NCBI GenBank assembly: GCA_009103225.1
Contig: RHPI01001715.1
Coordinates: forward strand, 1-64,000
DNA length: 64,000 nucleotides
Origin: Chlorokybus atmophyticus
Taxonomy: Eukaryota; Plantae; Mesostigma and Chlorokybus algae
Direction: 5' to 3'
A program made the translations under genes and the position numbers. Under the pieces are notes generated by a model, which made no database searches, had not been told where the DNA came from, and saw only the letters and a program-made list of their open reading frames with translations. Positions 12,670 to 24,312 of the stretch are shown piece after piece; position 1 is the stretch's first letter; the number at the start of each line of letters is the position of its first letter.

Positions 12670-15600
12670 ATGGGGGCGTTAGCGGCGGCGGTGTCCGGCG
12701 CGGGCACGCCGTCGTGCTCCAGCTCCACAGCTTCATTGTCGGGAGTGGCAGCAAGCTCTCGGCCGGTCTGTGTCACCAGACGGCCGCATGTGCAAATTCC
12801 ACGGCCCAGCTTCGCCAGGACCAAGTTGGTGCGCATGGCGAAAGCCCGCAGCAGGCGACATGTCAGGACAAGGGTTTCTGCGGTGTATGGCGCTGGTGAC
12901 AGGGAGCACGCGGGCAAACGTTCGTCAAGGTTACTTGCTGCGATTGCCTCCGCTATCATTGCAACGGGGGGCCTTGGTGTGACAGGAGCCCTGGCAGAAA
13001 AGGTAAATAAGCTATGGCAATGGCTGCATACTAGTTGTTCTGTGCTAGGAATTAATGAAGGGCCAGACGCAGCGCTGCAGACGGATCGGTATTACTTATG
13101 GCCGCCTTCACGGCACTAGTGCTCAGCTTGTGTTTATCATCGGCAGCAGCCCGCTGCAGACAGATGGATGGCCGGTTCAGTGGAAAGGCTCAACACTGCA
13201 GCTTGACATCAAGACAAAGTCGTTGCACTTCTATTTGCTCAATAGTGGTTAAGGTTTTGGCTCTTACGTGCATTGTGGCAGTGTTTTATTTATGTTGGCC
13301 AGGGGCAGTTTCATGCCAGTAAAAACTAGTTACTTGTTCAATCTGGTTGCCCGTTACATGTGCTGTACGAGCTGCCATGCAATGAAGCCCAAGGAGTTTC
13401 CGAATACAACGCGTTTCAGTGCGTTATATGCACATCGATGCGGGTGAAGCATTGCAAAGCATGTGAACCCTGCAATGACTGCCAGCTGCTTCTGCTGAGG
13501 TGCTGCAAGGTTTGTTGTCGGTAACATTTACTTTATTGCAGATACCGGGGATTCCTGACGAACCGCCACCGTTTGGCTTTGGATGCTGTTCATTTGACCC
13601 CCAAGACTTTGAGCCAAGAAAACCGTCATGGCCATTTAATACCATCAAGCGCGATAGCGGGGATGCACCCAACGCAAGCAGCAGTTCACCAGCTCCCACC
13701 ACTTCTGCAACTGTGACGCAGCAGGCAGCAGCTCCTACCACATCTTCTGGGCAATCTGTTGGTGATGTTCTAGGCACGTTGAGTATGTTTATCAGCCCGG
13801 CATTGGCTTTGGCATCCATTGTGTTCAGCTATGCTGGCCAGCAGAACAGCCTCAAGCTGCAGAGACAGCTTGATGCGGAAAAAGAGCTGCGCGCCATTTC
13901 TATGTCCCGGAAAGAGGTGCTGCAGTTTTCGCAGAGCATGTGTGCTCAGCAATGTTGTCTGTGCTGTACCGTGTTCGTCTGCCAATATGGAGTCAAGTAC
14001 AGGACAGGTTGTCATCGGCATTGACAGAGCTTTCCCTGAATGTGCAGGAAGAGGATGAGCTGTTGAACCGTTTCCGGGATCCATTACTTTGGGCAACAGT
14101 TGACCTACAAAACCGCATATACAGCATTGTGGAACACCGGTTGCTGCATACATTTTTCGACACCAAGCCTGAGGTGTGTATTGTCAAGGTCTGGTCAGTT
14201 GCTCCGCTCAGTGCTCGTTGTTAAGCAGTCTTGTTTGACTGCAGGCGCATCAACGGTACATTGTTAGCTACACGCTGTTCCTCATTGGACAGCTGTTTGG
14301 GTGGATGGAGATTATTAGGCGGGATCCTCGCTTTTTGGATTTGCGACGCACAGTCACAAAAAAGGAGTCAAACTTGTTGTTTGCAAAGCTCTTGGAAAAT
14401 GTTGAGTATGCATTCCTGAGTGAGGAGTACGATCCTTTGTTTCTGGTTTACCAGGTTGGCGGGCACTGCTTATGCTGGTCTCAATGTATTTATTGTTCCA
14501 GATCAACAGTGGGAAGTCTATGACTTACAAACACTTGTACGTTACAGGGCGAACAGCGCGGCATTGGTGAAATCATGCTGTGCAATCCGCAAAAAGAGGG
14601 GGCGATTGCAAGCATCATGGGCTTCTCTCAATTTGTGGTAAGGATACTGTTACTAGGAGTATAGACAATATGTCAATCACATCCGTCACACTTGACATGC
14701 GCAGTTGCCAGCACATGTTACTGATGCAATTTCTGCTACGCGCAGGCGAACATGGAAACAGACCCACAGTTCGGGCATTGGTTTGCAAGACTGAAAGAAG
14801 ATCTCATGTATACTGGAAAATGTGTCCCTGAGGAGCAGACCAAAATCCGCTTGAATCGTCTGATACATGTTCAGTGGGCGCTGATGGAGTTCTTGGAGCT
14901 TCTTGATCCTAGGGCGCAGGTACAAGGTTTGATGTTATCATTTGTGGTGTAATTATAGTCCAAGGTCTCATGCATGCACGCAGGTGGTCCCTCCTGAACG
15001 TCGCATATTCGTCACGGAACCAGAGCCTCTTGCTCAGCCTGTGGCAGAGGTTACAGAAAACATATCTTGCGAAGTGCCGCGATCACCCACCCCAACTACG
15101 GATCCTGCATTGGAGGTTGCAACGCTTGCAGAAAAGGCCTCAAGCTTGGACGTACCTGGCTTAAGTCTCAATGGGCATGACATTGCCGTCAACGGGGTGC
15201 ATATTAATGGAGAGCAGCCTACTGCAGCTGATTCAGCTGCTGCACCGGAGGGATGGCTTCAGGTGGGCACTTTCTTGGGCTACACAATGGTAAAGCGTAT
15301 TTGGTGATAGCTTGTGTTGGTCAACTTAGCATATAAGCAGGCTGCTTATGTTAGCTTCCATGTGGATCAGGATGTCCTCAAATGCAAGCCAGAGGAGTTA
15401 CCACAGTTGCCAACGATCAATGACACGATTCTGAAGGACGAGGTACATATTGTTGCGTGCACGGTGTATGACCTGTGATATCCTTGCCTTATGTGTCAGG
15501 GCAGCGCTGGCTGCATATCAGCCCAAGTGCTCAGGTTGTCTCACTTTGTGGCTTCTTTACAAGTGACGTTGCTGAGTATGCAGATTGCTGTCGATCTTGC

Positions 15601-15714
15601 AGGAAGAGCATCGAAATGAGCTGAAAGAACTCGCGCAAAGGTGCTCTGGAATTGTGGTAGAGGAGAGTTCAATCTTTCTATGATTGTTTGGAAAGGATGA
15701 TGACCGCCTCTTAG
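12670..15714 (+). CDS. Uncharacterised multi-exon protein; transit/thylakoid-signal-like N-terminus and a helical domain resembling uncharacterised bacterial proteins
   Basis: Exon 1 is S/R/A-rich and ends LLAAIASAIIATGGLGVTGALAEK|gt (~13001). Later exons give a TM segment (GTLSMFISPALALASIVFSYA), EDELLNRFRDPLLWATVDLQNRIYSIV, YTLFLIGQLFGWMEIIRRDPRFLDL, GEQRGIGEIML, METDPQFGHWFARLKEDL and RLIHVQWALMEFLELLDP. The 3' exons and stop are uncertain. Confidence 0.75.
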
Positions 15715-16975
15715 TTTGATTGAGGTATGCATGCCATGACTGCCACGCTTGTTGCCTCAGAACTGTGCACCGCCTTGTGTCTGATACTTCATCACCTGGG
15801 ACAGCTATATGGAGTGGTGGGTATCTGCGGTGCGCAGACACGGCTGTGTACGCATGTTTTGGCTCGTTGGTCTAGAGGATAGTACTGTACAGGAGTAGCT
15901 CGTATGAAGTATACACATTGAGTCCATATCTGGCCAATATTTGTCCAAGGTTGGGTGTAGAGTACCTGTTGCGTGTGTGTTGCATTACATTCTCAAGCAG
16001 TATGCGGGCAGCAAACCTCGGGGTATTGCCCGGTGGTACATTGCATTTCAGTAGGTTGGAATGTTCTGGTTATTGCATTGTAACACTGTCTGTTGGCTGA
16101 CTTGTGATAACATGCAGGGGTGAACTGATCAATCCTTTCACTATTCCACGCGTTAATTGCTTTATTATTGCAGGTATGCACGTGGACGGAGTATAGGTAG
16201 CAGAGAATGTACATTGTATGTCACACACTTTGTTTGGCATATTGCAATGCATTGCATTCTTTACACGCATCATTGTGCCTGAGTGTACCAGTGTTGAAAG
16301 TTATTGTACACATCTTCCATATACAAGCCCCCATTACACAGTAGCAACACGCAATTGAGTAGGCGTGTGTGAGTTGTAATGTTGTCAAATGTGACATCAG
16401 CATGCCATATTAATGATTTTAAAGTTAACTTACTGGTCATCATCGCTTTTGTCATGCATTAAGCGCACAAGGTAGGATTCGAGCAATAGCCAGGCATACG
16501 CACTAAGCAAACATAAAGCACATACTTTGCAAGCTATCCGGCAAGAGGCAAGCATTTTAATAAACATAGGGGCTTACAAAATTTTGTGCTCTATGTGCAC
16601 TTCTTAACAAACAATGCGAAACGGAAATGTATATGCATAGTGGCATGCACAGTTAGCAGCATACGATTTGCTCTAAGCACAAGTGGGGCGGGGCAACACG
16701 CAGTGGTGGCAAGTAGCAAATGTATAACCAACCTGAAGCACACAGGCAATGGAATTAAGGTCAGGTCTCATAGATAGTGCAACACAACAAAAATGCAGCA
16801 GCACAGCAGGGGGTGGGAGAGGTTAGTGAGTTGGGAGTGCTGTGTGGTGGTGTGCAAGTGGCTGCCGTTGCCGCCGCCACTGCCGTCGCCGCCGCCACTG
16901 CCGTCTTGTAGTTGGTCGCTAGCATGAAGCGTTAGACCCGTTTGTGACTCAGCTACCGGCTGCAGGCTCCCCCAC

Positions 16976-17556
16976 TGTCACGCCTACAGGGCAAGGCGTC
17001 TCAGAAGTAATTACTTATAGTTGTAAGTCAGGCTGTGTGAGGATACCGCTTCATGAGCATGTGCAGTGCTTGTGAGGCGTGCTCATGCACAGCCTGCTCT
17101 TGAGCCCATGCGGCCTTGGGCATCGTAAACTACACAAAGCATGAATAAGCTAGCATAGAGCTGCTCATTTGATGTAGCATAGCCTATGTCAAGGCTTGGC
17201 GACGCCACATCGATGTGACAAAAGTCACCTGGTGGTGCCATGCAGACCTAAGGTAAGGGATAAGATTGCCTTGTCTCCTGGTTGGTCAACACAAAGTCCC
17301 ACAATTCTATGATAGGCACGGAGCCTTACCATTGGTTGTGCTAGGTCGGAGGACAGGAGGGAGTACATATGGACACTGCCAACAGTTTGTTGGGTAACGA
17401 AGTCCGGAGGTGTTACTTAATCTTGTATGTGGGTAGCCTGGTGGTTTAGGGGGCCCTCCCCCATCCCATGGGAGGTGTGGTTATGAGCATTATTTGACAA
17501 GTGCTGCTGTACAGTGTTAAAGTCTGTTGCACACCACTGCAGGTACAGGTGTGACA
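16976..17556. mobile_element. Possible solo LTR (581 bp)
   Basis: Begins TGTCACGCCT and ends AGGTGTGACA (9/10 inverted match, TG..CA); no TSD (flanks CCCAC / GCGTC), so weak. Confidence 0.35.
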
Positions 17557-19046
17557 GCGTCACACCCACCACTCACAACCGGCAGCAAGCTAATTAGCAA
17601 TTAGTACATGCAGTCCCAACTCTGACACCTCTGACTTCAAATTTATGTGGCTTCAATACAATTCGACATCGCATGTCTCTGATCATGTATTGCAGGTACC
17701 AATAGTATTGCTTAACACACAAGTCTACACAAGTAAGTGGCATATGTTGGTGGTAGGTTGCATTACCATTGCACTGACTTATGTCAATATTGTGTTCAAA
17801 GCAGCATGCTGCACGTGTGTCTTTATATGCAATGCGTGTATGCTAGCTACAGCGTGTGTTTGTGCAGACGACCGAAAATAGCTGCAAACATTGCATTGCC
17901 ATACTTGTAGGTTGAAATGTACTCAACCAACCATGATTGTGACCACTTTGCATGCAAACTCAGATGGCTTTGCCGGCGAAAACCGATGGCGAGCAGATTT
18001 TCGTTTTGCAAGCTAGCCAATTCCAATTGTGTCATAACGTTGCACTACTATTGATACTCCAAGCCCTGTCACTATATCCTATGCATAGCCGCAATGACGA
18101 TCTTAAGCTATCGCAAATCACAATCAATAAGCCGGGGGGACTGCGAGCCCGGCTTGGCAAAATATCACGGCAAACAGGGTATTCTTATAATTCATCAGAT
18201 ATGCGCTTGGATATGCCAACAGTGGCTTTTACATTTGACACGGCAACACTGATGAATTTACAGTCTATGGCGCTGAAAGCGCTGCCGTTGTTGCAAAACC
18301 GTTCATGAGCGTCAACCGGTCATAGACGGCGTTGCAACAAGCCTTTGTGTGCCTTACACAGGTTCATAAATGTAACATATATGATATGGGACATATGAGG
18401 CATGAAGCTCCCCCTATGGCAGCAACTTTTGCTGCCGTAGCTTTGTATGTAAGGCGCCAATGTTACAATGAAGACTCCTACCTAAGTTTGTTGTCACTGG
18501 CGTGATGAATACACTTTTGCAACATTAGCTTTGATTTAAGTATTATAAGTCTTGGTTAAAAGGCTCCCTTCTAAATCCAAACGCTGTGCATCTATTTACA
18601 TGGTAGCACTTAATGAGCTTGAACAATGCGTCTTGCACTGGAGCTCGGTCGCTACAAGTTATGGTCCTTAATGTGACTTGAATCGCTTGTAAGCACTCAC
18701 CTACGGAAGCTTGAGTTTACCTTTCCGTATCGACGTTGTTGACTTTGTTGAATGTTGAAGTTAAAGCGTTGCTGCTGAGTCTTACGTAATGTGAATTGCA
18801 CTTTTTTCTTCGAATAAGTCATGTACTTGATAGTGTATGGTGTTTTACATTGTGCCCTTTACAGAGGAGCTTATCAAAACCGCTAAGCAAGCTTTCCCCA
18901 TGATAGTTGTGGAAAGCATGCTATAGCTGCAGCATTATATGCAAATGCTATGCCTGCATACCCTGTAATGCAGATGTATCTTTAATTGCCATCTGCAAGT
19001 CCTTGGTGCTGGTGCATAAGTTTGCCAAGCCACGACCAGCAAGTAA

Positions 19047-21914
19047 GTGGTGGTATTGTTACGAAAAACCTCTTCAGGCGGCACTGGCGCCAACAACAAC
19101 AACGACAAGTGGAAAGGCAAGGGCATAGCCGGCCCCTTCGACAGCGGTCAAGCCGTGGGCAAGCATAAAGCCAAAGTTGCCTCCGTCGTCCAAGGCACCA
19201 CCAGCCTGCACGGTGAGCTCGATGGGCTTCTCGCAAAAATCGAGGATTTACGCAGCCGAAGAGATGAGCTGGAGGACCTCTTCAATTACGACCATCACGA
19301 TTACACCGCCTGCACTGCCACCCACTTCACACGATTCGTGGGTGCCACACGCCGCTCTCCTCCTTGCTCTCCTCCTCGCTCACCATCTCACCCACTACCA
19401 AGCTAGTCTTTTTTTCCACCGGCGCGACGGCCACGGGGTGGTGCATCCCCCACTAAAACCACCCCAGCTCCCACAGCTAAAACCACCCCATGGGGAGCTG
19501 GCCAGCTCCCTCACCAGAGCAGCTGCAAGAGCAATGACAAGCTGAGTGGCGTGCGGCCATGTTCGCTATGCGGCCGCTACAGGCCCCGGCAGCCTCACTG
19601 CCGGACCTACAGATGCTCCATCAAGATGCGTGCCGAGACGCATTGCAAGCTATTCGACACCAACCCCAGCGGCTGACTCCTTCACCTCCCTCCAACTTTC
19701 TCGCCAGTGTTGAAGGGCACCCACATGGATGGGGCCAACTGCAAATGGAATGGCGCAACCTTGTTTGAGGCTGCGGCCCACATCGGGACTTGCCAAAAGA
19801 CGCCAAGGAACTTTTCCATAGGACTTAGGAGTTTGTTAGATAGTTGGCCCTGCCCTGCTGCATCCCACTGCATCCCACCTGGGCACAGGGCAAGGAATCG
19901 TTCTCCATTCGGAAACGTGAGATTTTTATGACGCTTTGAATGTACTGTTAGGGGATGTGAAGGGGGCGAGTTGGGAAGGTCTGCAGCTCATCGACCCGAA
20001 TGGCATCGTGCGTCGTGTGTTTCCCGCGCTTGCCAACTACATCAGCGATTTGCAGGTAGTGGGCATGCATGGTTGTAACCGGATGCAGCCTGCCAGCAAA
20101 CAGTGCATGGAGGATGTTGTCAGTAGAACATCTGAGTTTGTCGTGTTGTAGGAGACTGCCACACTCGCACGCACTGTGTCGGGCAACCAAACACGACATC
20201 CTTGCGATGTTTGTCTCGTCACCAAATCAGATCTGTTGGAGATGGATGAGGACCGGGAATTGAGAACCGAGGCCTTCTACACACCAGCAATACGTCAGCT
20301 GCGGGCGGACCTGCATAGCGGTGTTAGGAATGCACGCCAGACAGCCAAGGCTTTTAAAGAGCAGCACTCCATGCATGTCGAGGAGGTAATGGTCAAATTA
20401 CCGGCATTCGTGAGGATGAATGGCTTTCCGTGAAACCAGGCAATGTGGTTTGGCAACAGAATGCACTGTGGGGTTGGCGACAGTCGCGGGTGCCGGGAGC
20501 TGACTGCTACTCTCGTCTTGCCCCTGACGCAATGCATGTGCTGGGAGGCATCATTGACCACCTGCTTGCTGCTGTGTACGACGCCGCGAAGGAACGAATG
20601 CGTCCATCCACGAGACAGATTCTGCAGGCCAGGCACGTCTTTGGTGTTGCTTTTGTGTTGAACACAAAAGCCAACGACACGTGCTCACGAGCAAATGTGC
20701 ACAGGCTGAATGCATGCAAGGCGACTCTGCGGGTTTCGCACTTTAAGGCACCCACAAGCACAGTAGATTTCTTCCTGTCCGACCACTCCTTTCAGGTGGT
20801 GGAGAAAGTGGCGGTGCTGCAGCTGCTGCCGGTCCTCGCAGACGGTTTGCTGCTCGACAGTGAGGGCAACGATTTCTTCACCATTGCTGCCGCATCGCTT
20901 GCCCAATGGAACAAGAAGTTGCTCAAAGCGCATGAACACACAAGAGACCCTGACCACAGCCGACAACGAGCTGGCTGCCTTCATAGCTGCAGTGTTGCAT
21001 CCGCTACTGTCGTCATATTCTGCACAGAAGTCAGGTTGGAAGATCGAGAAGATGCATCAACTCACTCATTTTGGGCCGGCAATTGTCAGCATTGGACACC
21101 CTGATTGGTTCAGCGCCAACCGCATGGAGCAGACGCACGCCCAATATATAAACGGTGGGCGCGTGGTGGCAACAACCGGGACTACCAGGCACGTATCCTG
21201 AAGGCATGCAGCTGTGCGGAATATGTGAGAGAGGATGGCATGGTCGTGGATCCCGAGATGTGCTCGGTCATGGCGCAGGCGCGGCAGCAGTGCTGTAATG
21301 TCATGGAGAAGACGGACAAGTTGCTACGGATGGAGGTGCTGACAAGGAGGGAGTCCAGCCCGTACTGGAGCGGATCTGCGCGTAGCCGCCAAGTCGCCTT
21401 GAAGACTCCATTCGCCGACAAGCTGCCTGCCACCCTGGACAGCTGGTTAAGGAGGGAACAGCTGGAGTTGGCCGACGGGTGGCGTGCTGTTCGCGTGGTG
21501 AATGGAGGCGCAGCGGTGTACATGACATCAGGAGTCAGCATGGCGCGCGCAACTGGGATGTTCCATGGGCGGCCTTGGTTCTCTACACTTGAGTTGGAAG
21601 GTGATGAGAACGGTGTGAACGTGACGTGGTGGGCTCAGGCACTCCTTTTTCTGCGCGTGGTGGTGTGGGGTGGTAGCGGCGAGCGCGTGTGGAAGGAGGT
21701 CGTGTTTGTCCGCTGGTACACGAAGCTGGATGTGACGAGCGACACAAAGTGCATCGCTCTGGAATGGGAAAAGCGTCGAGGCGGTCCACATCTCGATGTC
21801 GTGACTCTGGAGCAAGTAAAAGGCATTGTCCAGCTGCTCCCCATGTTTGACAAGGACAGCGCCCGTGTACAAGAGGGCAAGTATTGGGTGAACGTTCACT
21901 GCACTTCCACGTGA
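19047..21914 (+). pseudogene. Plavaka transposase, copy A (intron-containing, frameshifted)
   Basis: GLQLIDPNGIVRRVFPALANYISDLQ, HPCDVCLVTKSDL, DAMHVLGGIIDHLL, HEHT.ETL, WKIEKMHQLTHFG, FSANRMEQTH and C-terminal RATGMFHGRPWFS...VFVRWY match the Plavaka (PF18759-type) pattern as I recall it; frameshifts near ~19925 and ~20945; 5' start uncertain. Confidence 0.82.
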
Positions 21915-22114
21915 CACGTGTACTTGTCTCACTACTCTGAGTTTGGAGCATATCAGTCAGATAGGCATTGCTAATCGTATGCTAAGACTTTTGCATGTGG
22001 ACGTGTACAATGGGCAGCTGTCACTGCACAACTGTCACCACAATCGAATGTGCCATGCAACATTCAACAATTAGTCCGGCGTGTGGCATTAAGCATCAAT
22101 ACAGTGCACCACAC

Positions 22115-23663
22115 TCAAGCCTCATAGTTCCATGACACAGGAGGGTAGTCACAGCGCATATCCATTGTTTCAAGCATGAGACGCCCTATGCACTCCGCCA
22201 TTGCGGGAGGAACTGCATTCGCTATGGAAACGGCCGAGGTCATCCATGGCACTCCCAGCGCTGTTTGCCACGCAGCAATGCCGCCCCTGGTGCTTGGAAG
22301 GCCATAGACCGGGTACATCTGCTGTGGCGCGTTTGATGTCACGATTGTTTTCTTCGCGCTAGCGGATAGGTGCGGCGATAGCAGTCCAACTGCCTTGCCC
22401 GCATGTGAGCAGTGTGCTGGTGGGGTAGCTACCACTGGCTATGTCTCAAACAGACGGTGTCGGAAAGTTGATAGGCCAAATATCGTGCCACAAAGGGACA
22501 GATTGGGTCTGAATGAGGAAGCTGCTCCTGGCACATTCTCAATCACAAACTTGACCTGGCTTGCAAGCAGCAGACGTTGGACGAGCGGTATCATATCCTG
22601 GTGTCTCCAGGATGTGCCATGTGCCGCCCGTTGAGGTGCCGGGATAGCACCTGAATAGGCCTGGCATGGTGGACTGGCCCAGATGAGCTCGTACTCGCTC
22701 AGCTCTCCTGCACTCAGGGTGCATACATCGCGGTGTATGAAGGGCAGCGGGTACTCAGAGGAGGGACTTATGTCCATCCCGGTCACGTCAAAGCCTGCGT
22801 GGTATAGACCGACACTGGCACCGCCACCGCCGCTGAATAGGTCGAGTGCCCTTCGTCTGCGTGTGCGTCCCAGCTTGTTGTCAGATGGCGTGTATGTGGT
22901 CAAGGCTGGCCGTGGTGCTGGCCAGGGACAAACAATGATGCCGTCCGGGCTTACTTTGCGACTGACGTTCTCCCCTCCGGCGCGCAGAACATGGCGTGCC
23001 CCGTCAACTGATGTGTACGCGAATACGCTGTGCCCTTTGAAGTTGATGGTTTGTGGTCGATCACCGTCATCGAATACTATACGGTGCTGCCCTGCAAAGA
23101 CATTTTCCATTGCACCATGCATATATGATGCGTCCTCAATCTCGCACGCCACGAAGCGATGCTGACCTGACGCTTGCTTGAATGATTCCACAACGCCCGC
23201 ATACCATTCCCCATCCAGCGGCCAATGCACCATGACACTCACACCGATCAGCTGCTCGCATCCCAACTTAACTGCGTTCCGCAGCCGATGCAGTGCGCTG
23301 TCCAACGGTCGATGGTCTGCCTCCTCTACAGCGGCCAGGGGATGGAACTGCCCACGCCCACACCGTGCAAGACTGCTCTGAATGCGACGACAGCTTCAAC
23401 ATGCATGAAATAAGCATACGCCCAACATAACATGCAGTGATGCGTCGCGGTCCACTCTTTGGGATTACCTCCACAGCATCCACCACCTGTCCACTAACCA
23501 CATGTCCCGGTGTTGTCCATGTGAAGAAGCGCATGGGTTCCCCTCGCCACTCGAAGCATGAGCGCGAGCACGATTCGCACACGCACTGCACGCAATGGAA
23601 AAACTCGGGTTCCTTGCACAGCACTTGGCCGAGGCGGCATCCAAGCATCCCCCGCATCGTCAT
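22115..23663 (-). pseudogene. Cys-rich + Tudor + phage-type C5-cytosine DNA methyltransferase, copy A (one premature stop)
   Basis: Motif I RALDLFSGGGG, IV WASPPCQAYS, VI FVIENVPG, VIII LCGTIFGLSTFRHRLFET, X NAVPPAMAECIG; Tudor LIGVSVMVHWPLDGEWYAGVVESF..GQHRIVFDDGD with a 75-nt intron; upstream CRL..C..EFFHCVQCVCESCSRSCFEW; TAG at 22439-22441 where copy B has GAG. Confidence 0.88.
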
Positions 23664-24312
23664 TTTCTTCGAGCTTCCACAGAATCAGCTCGACGTGCCG
23701 TATGACATACAGCCACTGCCAGCCAAAGCATGCCAAGTACAGCTCGAATGGTTTTACTTGCCACCCAGTATGTTTGCTCAGGTAGTGGCACACATCTCGA
23801 CCCGCATTAGTCAACATCGACAGGTATATCTGCTGCAGCAGGTCGAACTTCCGCTCCGCAAATAGCTCTTGCACATTGCCGGGTTGCTGCGGCAGCAACA
23901 GCACCATCATATCGAGGACGGCAAGGGGCAACAACGTACTACGGATGGCCATATCGTGTATGGGTTCCAACCACGGCCAATCCCCAGAGGTCTGTTTAGA
24001 CCGCATTCTCCACGTTTGCTCCCACTTATTGCAAACTTTCGTCACCCACCTCGAGGCATGCCGCATGCGGTGATGCAGCGCGTCTTGGGCGTACTGTAGG
24101 GTGATCAACTCCTTTGCACTACGAGTCAGCCCCCCAAAGCGTCTGCGCGTCGGTGCTTTGAGCTTAGGCAGCTCGTGCCGCACCGGCTGTCTCTCTGGGC
24201 GATGCTGAGCAGCTACTTGACGCTGTAAACCCGCCTGTGCCTACTCAGGACACACAGTCAGCCCCAGTGAGGCTTCAAGGCGCTGTGCTTCTTCTAATGT
24301 TGTAACGATGCC

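Noticed and set aside
16000-19000. Left terminus of Plavaka copy A
   Set aside because: Searched for CACGTCGC-like ends and the 53-bp array; only weak partial matches (e.g. ACGTTGCACTA ~18038).
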